A stretch of DNA of 61,810 bases, counting the filler, from Globobulimina sp. (lineage: Eukaryota), in NCBI GenBank assembly GCA_003354225.1. It is 12 parts of 12 records of this genome, joined end to end, with 100 filler letters (N's around TTAATTAATTAA, not from the genome) between each part and the next. Parts side by side here need not be neighbours in the genome. Positions count along the whole stretch, not along the records: positions 1 to 5,067 come from PIVH01000747.1; positions 5,168 to 10,234 come from PIVH01000748.1; 10 more parts are not named here. One strand, 5' to 3'. This document shows positions 1 to 10,334 of the stretch, in pieces. The notes under the pieces were generated by a model. That model searched no databases, was not told the origin of the DNA, and worked only from the letters and a program-made list of their open reading frames with translations. How positions within the stretch are numbered: the stretch's first letter is position 1; every line of letters starts with the position of its first letter. The position numbers and the translations under genes are program-made.

Positions 1-20
1 ATGGATGCTGCGTAGCATAT

Positions 21-154
21 CGCGAAGCCGCCGCATTGTATTGGTGATGGATTTATGGCGGCGAAGCCGCGAATGTATTGATTATGGTATTTATGGCGGC
101 GAAGCCGCCGCATCGTATTGATATGAGATATGATGGTATTTAGGCGGCGAAGCC
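21..154. repeat. Four-copy degenerate tandem repeat with a GGCGGC-GAA-GCCGCC mini-hairpin core
   Basis: (GGC)GGCGAAGCC(GCC) at ~22, 57, 95 and 143, separated by AT-rich TGTATTG...TGGTATTTA-like spacers. Confidence 0.85.
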
Positions 155-502
155 ATGAGCTTACTACAATTTTAAATATTTCAACTTCTGACTTTTAAAA
201 AGATATTCTGACAGTTTTTTCATCATTTTCCGATCTTTGAAAAGTTTTGACAGCAGAAAATGGTTAGAAAATCTGTGAATTGTAGAAAGTTTGCTGGAAT
301 TTCATTACTTTGCATACTTTACTAAACTTTAGAACATGAATAATTTGAAACAGGATATTTGAAACTGTATACATTATCCTTGCACACACGGAAGATGGTG
401 ATCTTCCTCTTTAGTTTCAAAATATTTTCAAATAAATTATGTTTCAAAAAAAGAATGTTCTAAAGTTACAACTTCTTTGTTAATCATAAAAAAAGTTATT
501 TG

Positions 503-1861
503 TTAATCATAGTCAGAGTCAGAGTCAGACCCATCGTCACAATGATCACATTCACCGCACCATGCATCATGTACACCGCATTTAGAACAATGCATATTTC
601 TATAATCACCCATACATTTGTTACATGCTGCCTTCTCACAATGATTATGAAATTTACCATCAATTAATTTTGGTTTATTTGTACATAAATCTGTAACATA
701 CATTAATGGCTCATCACAACAATACATTTCATCAACTTGCATACATTTACATTTTGCGGCAGCTTCCATGTTACCATTTTCATAATCCATGCCTCCACAA
801 TTTGGCTGTTCAATCAGTGATTTTAATGTTATTTCCTTATAACACTTACATTCATCATTTTCATCATAATCACATCCACCATTTAGCAGTGCCGATAATT
901 TATTCATTTTTTGATTAATTCCCTTATTTATATCCAATCGAAATCGACCACGTGTTATACCAACATATTTTTTGCTAATCGCTGCACGTAAACAACCATT
1001 CACACTCTGCACATCTTCTTTTTTAACACCTAAACTTATCAAAATTTTATCAACTTCCACTTTACATAAATCTTTATTTTTATTTTTATTTTTTGAAATT
1101 TGTTTTAATTCATTTTGATTAAATATTTCATTGTGATCCCAGTCAATTTGTTTATTTTCATTTTCTTCAATTAATTGTTTTAAAATTTCACTCCCATTTT
1201 TTAATTTATTTATAAACTCTGAGGTTGTTTTTAAACTTATTTTATAATTTTTATATTTTGGGGCAAATCCATTTGTTGGATAGGTATTTATTGTATAAAA
1301 ATGCGCTGATTTTTGATGTGATTCTCTTAATTTTCTGCAAGCCTGTTCCGTAAAATAAGGTGGTTTTTTTAATTTTAATCTCAATATTTTCCCCCATTGT
1401 GATTTTGATTCATATTTCACACATTGGATATTATCAAATTTAATATTAATACGTACAGTTTTGGCATTATTATATAATTTGTTATCTGTCGAATTCTTTT
1501 CATTCAATAATAACCATTGAACGGATATGAGTTTGCTACCAAATAATACATTTATTTTTTGATTGCAATAATTTTTAGCCTCAAATTTATTAATTTTAAA
1601 TGATTCAAATGATGGTTTTTGATTTTTAATTTTTTGTTTTGTTGTTTCTTTTTGTTCATTATGGTTATAATTTGAATTTGAATTAACTGAATTTGAATTT
1701 GTTGGTTTGTTTTTTCGTCTACTATTTGTGTTGCAGCTTGTTCTTATTCTCTGTCTTTTTCCTGATGGCACTGATATCGATGAATGTGATGTATTTGTGC
1801 TTGAATCGTGATTCAAATCATCTGAATCAATTTCCAAGCGAGTTCTTTTTCTTCTCCTCAT
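503..1861 (-). CDS. Hypothetical protein with a C-terminal Cys/His-rich putative Zn-binding domain
   Basis: Uninterrupted 452-aa ORF with a basic NLS-like N-terminus; C-terminus reads GKFHNHC...CMGDYRNMHCSKCGVH...CGECDHC. Confidence 0.7.
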   Translation of the reverse strand: MRRRKRTRLEIDSDDLNHDSSTNTSHSSISVPSGKRQRIRTSCNTNSRRKNKPTNSNSVNSNSNYNHNEQKETTKQKIKNQKPSFESFKINKFEAKNYCNQKINVLFGSKLISVQWLLLNEKNSTDNKLYNNAKTVRINIKFDNIQCVKYESKSQWGKILRLKLKKPPYFTEQACRKLRESHQKSAHFYTINTYPTNGFAPKYKNYKISLKTTSEFINKLKNGSEILKQLIEENENKQIDWDHNEIFNQNELKQISKNKNKNKDLCKVEVDKILISLGVKKEDVQSVNGCLRAAISKKYVGITRGRFRLDINKGINQKMNKLSALLNGGCDYDENDECKCYKEITLKSLIEQPNCGGMDYENGNMEAAAKCKCMQVDEMYCCDEPLMYVTDLCTNKPKLIDGKFHNHCEKAACNKCMGDYRNMHCSKCGVHDAWCGECDHCDDGSDSDSDYD

Positions 1862-1976
1862 TTGAGGTTACAGTGCAGCAAGCAGAAAACGTTGGTTTTT
1901 GATATCTGAAGATTATAATTACAAAGATTATATATTACAAAGATTACAAGATGAGCTAACACAAAGTTATTAATAA

Positions 1977-4320
1977 TTATAATAAATCAAATGTAACAAT
2001 ATCAGGTAAATCCATGTCGTTATTTGCATTCCAGTCCTGATTTATTGCATCCTTTGATTCCTTTCCTTGTTTTTGCAATTCATTAAAACTTTCACTTATT
2101 GTTTTTTTTATCATTTGTGAGTCTCTTCGCTGTACGTTTGTTTTCTTATTATTCATCTTAAGCTTCGCATAGATGTCATCCTCATCTTCATCGATTAAAC
2201 TTTGTTTATCCGAATATGGCACCAAGTCCACTGGCAACACCATACCATCCTCATCGCCAACTATTTTTCTTTTCTTTTTCGAATTCACTTTCAATGGTTG
2301 TTCTGGATCAATCCAATGCGGATTGTTTGCAATATACTTTTTGAGATCATTCTGCCGCAATTTATCTCCAATCATAGAATTATACGAACTCCAATGATGT
2401 TTTACCTGTTGATTGCTATTTTTATTGTTATTAACAACCCCAATCAATGCATTTTTGATAAACGGATGAAACTCATGCAAAGCGAGCGATTTTTTCTGTG
2501 CTGCAGTCCATAAATCTTGTGGTGAAATATCAGCTAATTTACAATTTGTAGCGCCTGCAGCCATCGTCAATTCCAACTTAACGGTTAGTACCATCATGAA
2601 AAAAAACTCCTTTTCCGCATCGCTATGACAACATTTCAATATTTGGGATCTGGTTTGTGTGCCTGACAATGTTTTCCGTTCACGGGATAAATCTTCCATA
2701 AATTTATATTCATCGTCATTGACGGAGGAGACAATTATATCTAAGTTATCTTCGTACATTGATGATGGCAGACTCGCTCTTCGCTCTCTGTTTAGGTTTA
2801 ATGCTTCTTCCTCTTCCTCCTCTTCGTCTTCCTCTTCCTCTTCTTCTGACGGTCTATCAGTAGCTACAGGAAATATAGGCGCGGTCCTCTTTTTCTTAAT
2901 TGGTTCAATTTCTTTGTTCTTCTCTTTCAATATGGTTTGATCATAAATATGTAACTCATGTCTTATGTAGTTGTGATTGATTGGTTAACGTTTTTAAAAA
3001 TTAAGTTGACATTGTCCATTCAGTTACAAGTAAATGTTTTTGAAAAAAGATTTACTTGAAACCACATGCTGAGGGATCATGGCAACTTTCTATGCATTTC
3101 ATGACCACCACAACTTCTGCATACCTTAAGTCGCTATTAATAATCATCAACTCTTGATTTGAGCTTTCTAATTTTTGATTTTGTTGTTTCAATTGTTGAA
3201 TAAATTCATTTTTCGCATTGATATCAATCTGAAACTGTTCATTCTTTGTCATTGAATGACGCAATTTATTCTTAACTTTTTCGTGCTGTTTTTGTATGTT
3301 TTTGTTGCGTGTTTGATGTGTTTCTATCAAGTTTTTCAATGCCTCGTTATTTAATGATAATGTTTGTTGTTCTTGTTTTAAACCATTTATTTCTGTTTTT
3401 AGCTCTGTTTTCTCTTCAATCAATGCATTGATTTCATGCAATGAATGAATAATATCCTTCCCATGGCCATGGCCGTGCATATGATACTTTTGCTCTTTAT
3501 CTTCCACTGCATCCTCCACTGAATGCGCATCATTGGCATCAATCTGTTTTGATAATAATTGTTGCGATAATAATATATTTTGATTCTTATATTCTTCAAT
3601 CGTGGCGTTTAAAGTTTGCGTATTTTCCTCATTATGCTGTAGATTTAATGTTAATTTGGCAATATCTGTCTGCAAATCTTGTCTGTTGACACTCAATGTC
3701 GTTACTTCGTTTTCTAATTTTAAAATAAACTCATCCTTTTCCTTGATATTTTCATACAAATTATCCATATTTTCCTTATTTGCTTTGTTCGATTCTTGCA
3801 ATTTCAAATATGTTTGTTGTAACTGATAATATTCATTTTGTAATTTTTTCTTTGCTCCAGCAATATTTCCAACATATTCTCTGGCCAATTCTTCAAATTG
3901 TTGTCGCGTGGAATCGTCCATTAATAGTTCATTCCATGACGGCTCCTCAGCATTTTTTATATTGTTTCCAATTGCATTTGTTTTTATTGTTTGTCTCTGC
4001 TTTTTTTCTTTATTCATGTCATCAGAATTCGAATCAAAATCATCTTTGCAATCAGAATCGTCAATATTTTGATTATCATTATCCATTGACGTTTTTCGTC
4101 GAATTTCGTTTTGGAAAAAATCCATAATATCTTCCTTGTCCAATTCATCATTTTGCGCAAAGTATTTTAATGTTTGACGCCGTCTTTCTTTCAAACGTAA
4201 CAAATCTAATGAACTTTTTCTTGGTCGACTTTGTTCAGTCGTTGCTGTCTCATCGGCAATATCGCTGCTCTCCTCGCTGCTCATTTGTATGAAAGGATCG
4301 CTGCTCTCATCACCAGACAT
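1977..4320 (-). CDS. Coiled-coil protein, probably two exons
   Basis: ORFs 3052-4320 and 1977-2930 join in frame (DLR|HELHIYDQTILKEK) through an AG|GTATGC...AAG intron at roughly 2964-3123; long heptad-rich segment. Confidence 0.65.
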
Positions 4321-4374
4321 TGTTTTTCACTGATCAAGCTTCAAAAACTTTAGAAAAAGATTTTGCATCAAATC

Positions 4375-5067
4375 ATGGCTTCTTCCAATGCTATGACTTA
4401 TGTAGCAGAATGCTCAAAATGTGGCGCCAAAATCTCACAAAACGGTGATGCCATTGGAGGCAACGTATCATGCACTCATAGATATGGAGCACTTGGTGGT
4501 TATCATGAAAACGATCGCGACGACCAACAAGTTGTAATATTATATCCGACCGATAACGAATTACATTCGATACGAAGTATCGATGCAAACAAACGGGAAA
4601 ACATTAATCATTATACACAATTCAAGCAAGATGCAGACGAAATATCCAAGTTAAAAACATGTGCAATGAATGAACTCTCCTCAATGTGCAAAACATTGCG
4701 AGCAGCCATTGATAAAAGACAGGAAGAGTTAGAACAAGCAATCATGGACTCCTTTGAAATCAGACAAGAAGCCATACATTCAAATATGAAGCAACTAACA
4801 GTTCATAAGAGCACCAATATCGAAGCTAAAAAAGATTCTGAAGATTTGCTCAAAAAAAATGATAAATCCGTGACCGAGCGAGAGAGAGTAATTGTAGCCA
4901 TTTGTGAGAATGTTATGAATACAATACCCGAGTTGAGATATATTGAAACCGAGCTACATTGTTCCTTTTCGTCATTAAAGCGCATTGAAAATTATATTGC
5001 GCAGTTTGGGATAGTTCATACAAAGCCAATTGATGGTGGCCAACAATGTAGATTTACGATTGCAGCA
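4375..5067 (+). CDS. Partial protein with an N-terminal Cys/His motif and a TRIM/BBC-like coiled coil
   Basis: CSKC...CTH followed by a LRAAIDKRQEELEQAI-type coiled coil; truncated by the contig end. Confidence 0.5.
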
Positions 5068-5167
5068 NNNNNNNNNNNNNNNNNNNNNNNNNNNNNNNNN
5101 NNNNNNNNNNNTTAATTAATTAANNNNNNNNNNNNNNNNNNNNNNNNNNNNNNNNNNNNNNNNNNNN
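5068..5167. other. Artificial contig linker (N-run + TTAATTAATTAA + N-run, 100 bp), first of 11
   Basis: The same linker recurs at 10235, 15396, 20557, 25717, 30877, 36035, 41193, 46351, 51506 and 56661. Contig lengths fall from 5067 to 5050 bp, and the core gives stops in all six frames. Confidence 0.98.
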
Positions 5168-5355
5168 TCTACCATAAATTTATAAGCAGCATATAATTGA
5201 AATTGCTTTTCAGTAAACACAAATGGATCAAATCCATATAAATCGCACCAATTCTTCCATTGTAATTTATGGCCAGTCCATAATGAAACAGTTGTTGATT
5301 CTAATCTTTTCTCATTTAATTCAATCGCATAATCCCATAATTCTTGGAGCGAAGG
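5168..5355 (-). CDS. Tyrosine recombinase N-terminal domain (partial exon, absent from the ORF track)
   Basis: Manual translation PSLQELWDYAIELNEKRLESTTVSLWTGHKLQWKNWCDLYGFDPFVFTEKQFQLYAAYKFMV fits the ST...W..WC...G.DP pattern of DIRS YR N-termini. It starts right after a T9-GACAG acceptor; catalytic residues lie beyond the contig. Confidence 0.65.
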
Positions 5356-5483
5356 CTGTCAAAAAAAAACCAACAAAGGTGGGACTTTTAGTGAACTACT
5401 CAATAAATCAAAGTTTAAAAATTAAAAACTTGTTTAACAAACAACAAAAAAGTCATGGCCTCTCTAGAAAAAAACAGAAAGAG

Positions 5484-7436
5484 CTAAATTGGAGCAATAT
5501 AACGCTGATATTTGCAACAATCTTTCCATTCTCGGTCACAAGCAATTTTCTTCTTATGCAATAACATATGCATCTTCAACTCCCAACAACGTAATAATTT
5601 ATCAATAATATCAAAACATATTGATGGAGAATCTGCCAAATCCAAATTAACAGTATTTCGAAATGGTAAACCTCTAGAGAGGCCATCGGCAGTTGGATTT
5701 TTAATGCCAGCAACATGTAATGCATAAATTAACATATTAGACTTCAATGCTAAATCACAAAAATGAACCATCAATTCGGTCAAATCCGGCCTCTTTAAAC
5801 ATGCGCAGCGTTTAATAATGATATGAACTGCTGGCATATTATCACAATAAAATAAAACAATTTTATTTTCAAATTGCGATCTGAATAAAATGGCTGATGC
5901 AACAACACCTAATAATTCCATAAAGGTAATATCTGGCTTTATTTCCCATTTATTAAAACGCGGAAAATCCTTCCAAAAATGAGCAAAAAAATCACCGTTT
6001 GCAACATGGATATAACCACCTACACCGGATTTAGTTGCTGCATCAGTATAAATTACAAAATTACATCTCTCCAAAATATTCAAAGGAGATAGTAATAACC
6101 AATCAAAAGATATCTTATTATATTTCTTCGTATTTAAAATCTCTCTTATTTTACGCAGATCAGTTAAATGGCGCTTATTAGCAAACACCCAATCCCTTAA
6201 ATATTTAGTTTTGTCATTCTTAACAATGAATGGAACATTAGCGAGCGATTCTAATGACCTTAAATTGGGGATCATATTTCTGAACACAATCTGAACACTG
6301 CGAGATTGTCCAATGGTTGACTGCAGCAGATTTAAAGGAATTGGTTTGTTATCAATAATTAAACCAATGAGTACTGCCAAGCGCGCGATATATTTCCTCA
6401 ATCTCTTATTAGTAACTTGCAATTGATAGTGCAAACAGCAAAAGATGAAACCAATAAAAATTATCGCTCTGGCGGGTAAAGTGATCTTATTTGGTTGAGC
6501 TGGGATACCCAATAAATACCACCACCACTTGGTCTGATCCAATTGACATTGAGCAAGTCTTTTCGACGTTGCACCACCAATAAAATCATCCATATAATGT
6601 TTTAACAAAATATGTTGCATTTTATTTATCATCATAACAAATAAAGATTCATAATCATTTACAATTATCCAATTTACAGCATCAGCAAACTGAGTGTATA
6701 GATTGGAGGAGCTTCCCATGCCCATTGCCAAAGAAATATAGAAAAAATAAATGCCACACATTTTAATTCCGGATTTCGGAGTGAATTTGGATTGAATTGG
6801 CACTGAAAAATAGGCCATAAAAGCATCAATGGCCCAAAGCCATTTTAATTTACACTCAACTATCATTTGGACAATTTCCTTTATTTTAAGAAAACAAACA
6901 AAGACTTCATCTTTGTCAATAAAGTTGTTATACGACGTGCCCATTAATTTATTGAATGATAAATTAACGAGCATGCGATATTTCGTTATCTCGTCTTTGT
7001 AAAAAATTGGCCAAATGTGCAATTGCACCGAATCTCCGAAGTGTTTTTGGGCAACATTTTTACCAAAAAATGGACCCATAATTCTGCGATGCCCCAGCAA
7101 TTTAAGCATCTTTTCTAAACCAGCTTTGATCTCAGGGATTGTTGCTGAATAATTTTCATACGAGCTTACGCAATCAATCTCATTTGCCGTGACAGGCCAA
7201 CCGTTTCTGTTAAATTCCAAAATCCGATTTACATAAACACGATCTGGGTGGTTTCTAAAACCAAATTCCCAACCTAGTAAATCATTAAACCAATCTGTTT
7301 TCTTGTGAATTGGAGTGACTGTCTTAAGTTTCTCAATTAAAGGTTTAATCAACGGATGCTCTAAAACAAACGGGTCTTCATCGGAGTATTTTACTAACTT
7401 ACCGACGGCCTTAGACATGAAAAGATGAGAGGGCAA
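5484..7436 (-). CDS. pol: Reverse transcriptase-RNase H of a DIRS/Ngaro-like element
   Basis: RIMGPF, KYRMLVNLS, AIDAFMAY, MGMGSS, HYMDDF; RNase H YTDAA, ITFMELLG, CDN, NPTADGLSR. First ATG is at 7418. Confidence 0.92.
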   Translation of the reverse strand: MPSHLFMSKAVGKLVKYSDEDPFVLEHPLIKPLIEKLKTVTPIHKKTDWFNDLLGWEFGFRNHPDRVYVNRILEFNRNGWPVTANEIDCVSSYENYSATIPEIKAGLEKMLKLLGHRRIMGPFFGKNVAQKHFGDSVQLHIWPIFYKDEITKYRMLVNLSFNKLMGTSYNNFIDKDEVFVCFLKIKEIVQMIVECKLKWLWAIDAFMAYFSVPIQSKFTPKSGIKMCGIYFFYISLAMGMGSSSNLYTQFADAVNWIIVNDYESLFVMMINKMQHILLKHYMDDFIGGATSKRLAQCQLDQTKWWWYLLGIPAQPNKITLPARAIIFIGFIFCCLHYQLQVTNKRLRKYIARLAVLIGLIIDNKPIPLNLLQSTIGQSRSVQIVFRNMIPNLRSLESLANVPFIVKNDKTKYLRDWVFANKRHLTDLRKIREILNTKKYNKISFDWLLLSPLNILERCNFVIYTDAATKSGVGGYIHVANGDFFAHFWKDFPRFNKWEIKPDITFMELLGVVASAILFRSQFENKIVLFYCDNMPAVHIIIKRCACLKRPDLTELMVHFCDLALKSNMLIYALHVAGIKNPTADGLSRGLPFRNTVNLDLADSPSICFDIIDKLLRCWELKMHMLLHKKKIACDREWKDCCKYQRYIAPI

Positions 7437-7596
7437 ATGGAATAATTAGCGAGAAGTGAAAGGATCAGAAGTCTGTAAATAGCGCTCAAATTAATTAAAA
7501 AAATAAATTAGCGTATAGTTATAACAAAGTATAACACGTGCAAGGATAAGTAAGCAAATGCAAAATAAATAAAATCGCATAATCATGCAATAAGAT

Positions 7597-8121
7597 TCAA
7601 TCTGCTTCAAATTTGTCTTCTTTCTTCTCGTCCTCCGACTCATCACTAATATAACGCACTTTTACCTCTCGAGGAGGAGGCGATGGCGTCAATGGATTAA
7701 AAAACCCATTCGGATTGAAATCTGGTACCGCTGCACCCCATACTGGAAAATTTATGTGAAATAAATTAACCGGGCGCGCACCGAATTGGGTATGTGGATT
7801 AAATGAAACGGCGTTCGGCAAATTCTTCAATTTCGTGCGGCTATGCACCAATTTTTGTTTAATCTTGCCGTCTTGAGCATAAATATACGTAATAATGGGT
7901 TTCTCGGCGATGGCGTTCTTTGCTTTATGTTTACTATCATCATCATTGTAATAATACGAAATTGTTCTGCAACCAATTTCTTCGATGCTCTTATTCATAA
8001 ATTCGCCCAATGTGGCTTCATCGCCGAGCACAATAATATCAACTTTTGGCTGGTTCTGGCGTCCTTCGAAATAACCTTTTAATCGCCACGCGGTTTTAAC
8101 AACATTGTGGCCTAAGGACAT
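7597..8121 (-). CDS. Orphan 174-aa ORF between gag and pol
   Basis: ATG at 8121 (MSLGHNVV...), open to 7597, same strand as the element; no family recognised. Confidence 0.55.
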   Translation of the reverse strand: MSLGHNVVKTAWRLKGYFEGRQNQPKVDIIVLGDEATLGEFMNKSIEEIGCRTISYYYNDDDSKHKAKNAIAEKPIITYIYAQDGKIKQKLVHSRTKLKNLPNAVSFNPHTQFGARPVNLFHINFPVWGAAVPDFNPNGFFNPLTPSPPPREVKVRYISDESEDEKKEDKFEAD

Positions 8122-8309
8122 TGTTGAATAATGAACAAATAAAGAGGGGTTGTAACGAGAGTATGAGAAGGAGGGAAGAGCAAAGTTTTTCACAGATGTA
8201 GAAAGAAAGAAGTTTTTTCTGAAGCTTTTAAATAAATCAAAACTAAATCTAAAACAGCACGCAAACCACATTAAATAAGCATGCAAAAAAAACAAGGAAT
8301 TAAATTAAA

Positions 8310-10100
8310 TTAACCGGTATCCTCACCGCCCTTGTCTGCTGCTTGTGGCTTCTTTGCATTGTCCCTCCATTGATGTGAGAATCGGCAAGATTCTTTCGGA
8401 CAAAATTCATTCTTTCTGTCATAATTACAACGGCCATCATTGGTGTTCTGAGGACGACCTCCACCTCGACCTCTGCCTCTTCCTCTACCTCTTCCTCGGC
8501 CACCACCTCTGCCACGAAAATACGATCCTTCATAACCAGCATTAGGTTTTGGTGGATACTTCTTCTTCGCATTAAAAGCGGAGTTATCCACTTTCCTTTG
8601 AATTATTTCCGGCCTCAATAGGTCCGGCACTTTTGCATTCTGCATATATTCAAAAATGGGCAGCTCATATTTATCCTTAAATGCCGCATCGCAGACGGAT
8701 TGAATACGCCCATTCCAATAATAGGGCCCTGAGAACGTAATCAATTTTACGATCATGCCAATCGTATCCATACAATCAATGTGATTTTGGTACCAGAATT
8801 GAGTGACTTTTGATAACGAATCACTTAATGAATCCGCCAATCTCTTATTCCAGCCCGCATCCACCACCTTTTTGATTGATATTCTGTTGGCTTCTGCTAC
8901 CATCCTCTTTATCGCCTGACCTCTTCTAAGCAATAAAGCTAACAACATCAATATCATCGACGCAAACTCGTCGGGCCTCATTAACCTCTTGGCCAAATCC
9001 GAAACGTTTCTGTTCTTTCCCGCCGACGCGTTTAACACCATGATGAGGGCTTTTTGGATGCCATCATCCGGATTTGCTTTCAATATTTGATATAAATTAA
9101 CCCCCGTTTGATCAGCGGGAGCTCCTCTCATCACAGCTTTTTCCGCCATATTATAGCGCTTTTTCTTCGGAATGCGACATAAATCATCATCGGAGGATGA
9201 GGAGTCCGACGAGTCAGAATCTCTCCTTTTCTTCCTCTTTCTTCCCGAAATTCGCTTCAATTCTGCCTCCAATAGTTTCTCCCTCATTAACTCATTCATA
9301 TTCTGCTGCTTTCTAATTTGCTCTAACTCAAAACAAACAAAAACACAAATTTATGAAAAGAGACATAAAAGTCCGAAAGATCCGGAAAATATTGCAGACC
9401 TTTCATCAAATCATGAGATTTTGAATGAGCAGCAATCGATTGCTGAGACTGCAAAAACATTTTTAACCAATATTTCTGCCCGTCATCGCCAACTAAGGCA
9501 TCCAATTGGGATTTTGCCTCTTCGGTCTCTTTCTTTTTCCTCGCAATCTCTTCATCGTGCTCCTTCTGTTTTTTCTTTTTCTGCCTTCTCAAGGCCGATC
9601 TAGAGGGCTTATCCCCTTTTTTCTCCGGCACCGTGGCCTTCATTGGAGTCTTCGGATCCTCCTCGTCGAAGATCGGAGTGGTCAAATCCAGCACCTCCTT
9701 CGGATCCGAGTCTTTTGGCTCTTTGGCCAAGCCACCATTCGTTGGCACATCACTTACTAAGGCATCAATAACCTCCTGTGAAAGTACCAAAAAAATGACA
9801 ATGAAAAACGTTAGAAACGCTTTCCAAACACCAGCGAAAAGAGAGGAATGGACAATAACCATCTCAATGGAAATTCCTCCCCCTTTCCAAAACGCTAGAA
9901 CCGTGAGAGAGAATAGAAATGATAAGAAACAAAAACGAACAAACCTTCTTTTTCGATTTCTTACCACCATTCCGCTTCTTGTTCTTATTCTTGTCATTCG
10001 TGCTGATGTCAGGGAGATCGGATTCCAGGGTTAAATCATCTCCGTATGACACTTTCTTCTTGCATTGGCGCTGCGGCATAATGCGAGTGTTGGTGGACAT
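8310..10100 (-). CDS. gag: Gag-like nucleic-acid-binding protein, predicted 3 exons (10100-9945, 9775-9400, 9322-8310; 514 aa)
   Basis: GT-AG introns 9944-9776 and 9399-9323 restore one frame (KKSKKK|EVIDAL; DLMK-E-QIRKQQNMNEL). RG-rich tract and C-terminal CNYDRKNEFCPKESCRFSH CCCH finger. Confidence 0.75.
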
Positions 10101-10334
10101 AAAGAAGCACGTAAGGTGTTCTATATGGACTTAGACTGAGTGGGTAATCGACGTATTACCTAAACTAAAAAATGCGAGAAACTTCGAGTTTTATCAGAAA
10201 AACCTCTTCGTTTCCGCATTACGTAAATATATTTNNNNNNNNNNNNNNNNNNNNNNNNNNNNNNNNNNNNNNNNNNNNTTAATTAATTAANNNNNNNNNN
10301 NNNNNNNNNNNNNNNNNNNNNNNNNNNNNNNNNN

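Larger units (their letters stand above)
5168..10234 (-). mobile_element. Tyrosine-recombinase retrotransposon (DIRS order, Ngaro-like), 3'-truncated by the contig end
   Basis: Colinear gag (CCCH finger), extra ORF, RT/RNase H and the N-terminus of a YR, all on the minus strand; no protease or DDE integrase seen. Confidence 0.85.

Noticed and set aside
5111-5122. TTAATTAATTAA palindrome recurring every ~5.16 kb
   Set aside because: It always sits inside N-runs of fixed total length, so it is an artificial all-frame-stop linker.
5484-7436. RT as a retron, DGR, group II intron or bacterial defence RT
   Set aside because: The DIRS-type RNase H, upstream zinc-finger gag and downstream YR-like exon identify a eukaryotic YR retrotransposon.
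9861-9895. Possible 35-nt micro-exon inside gag intron 1
   Set aside because: Including it breaks the frame; the single 169-nt intron fits.
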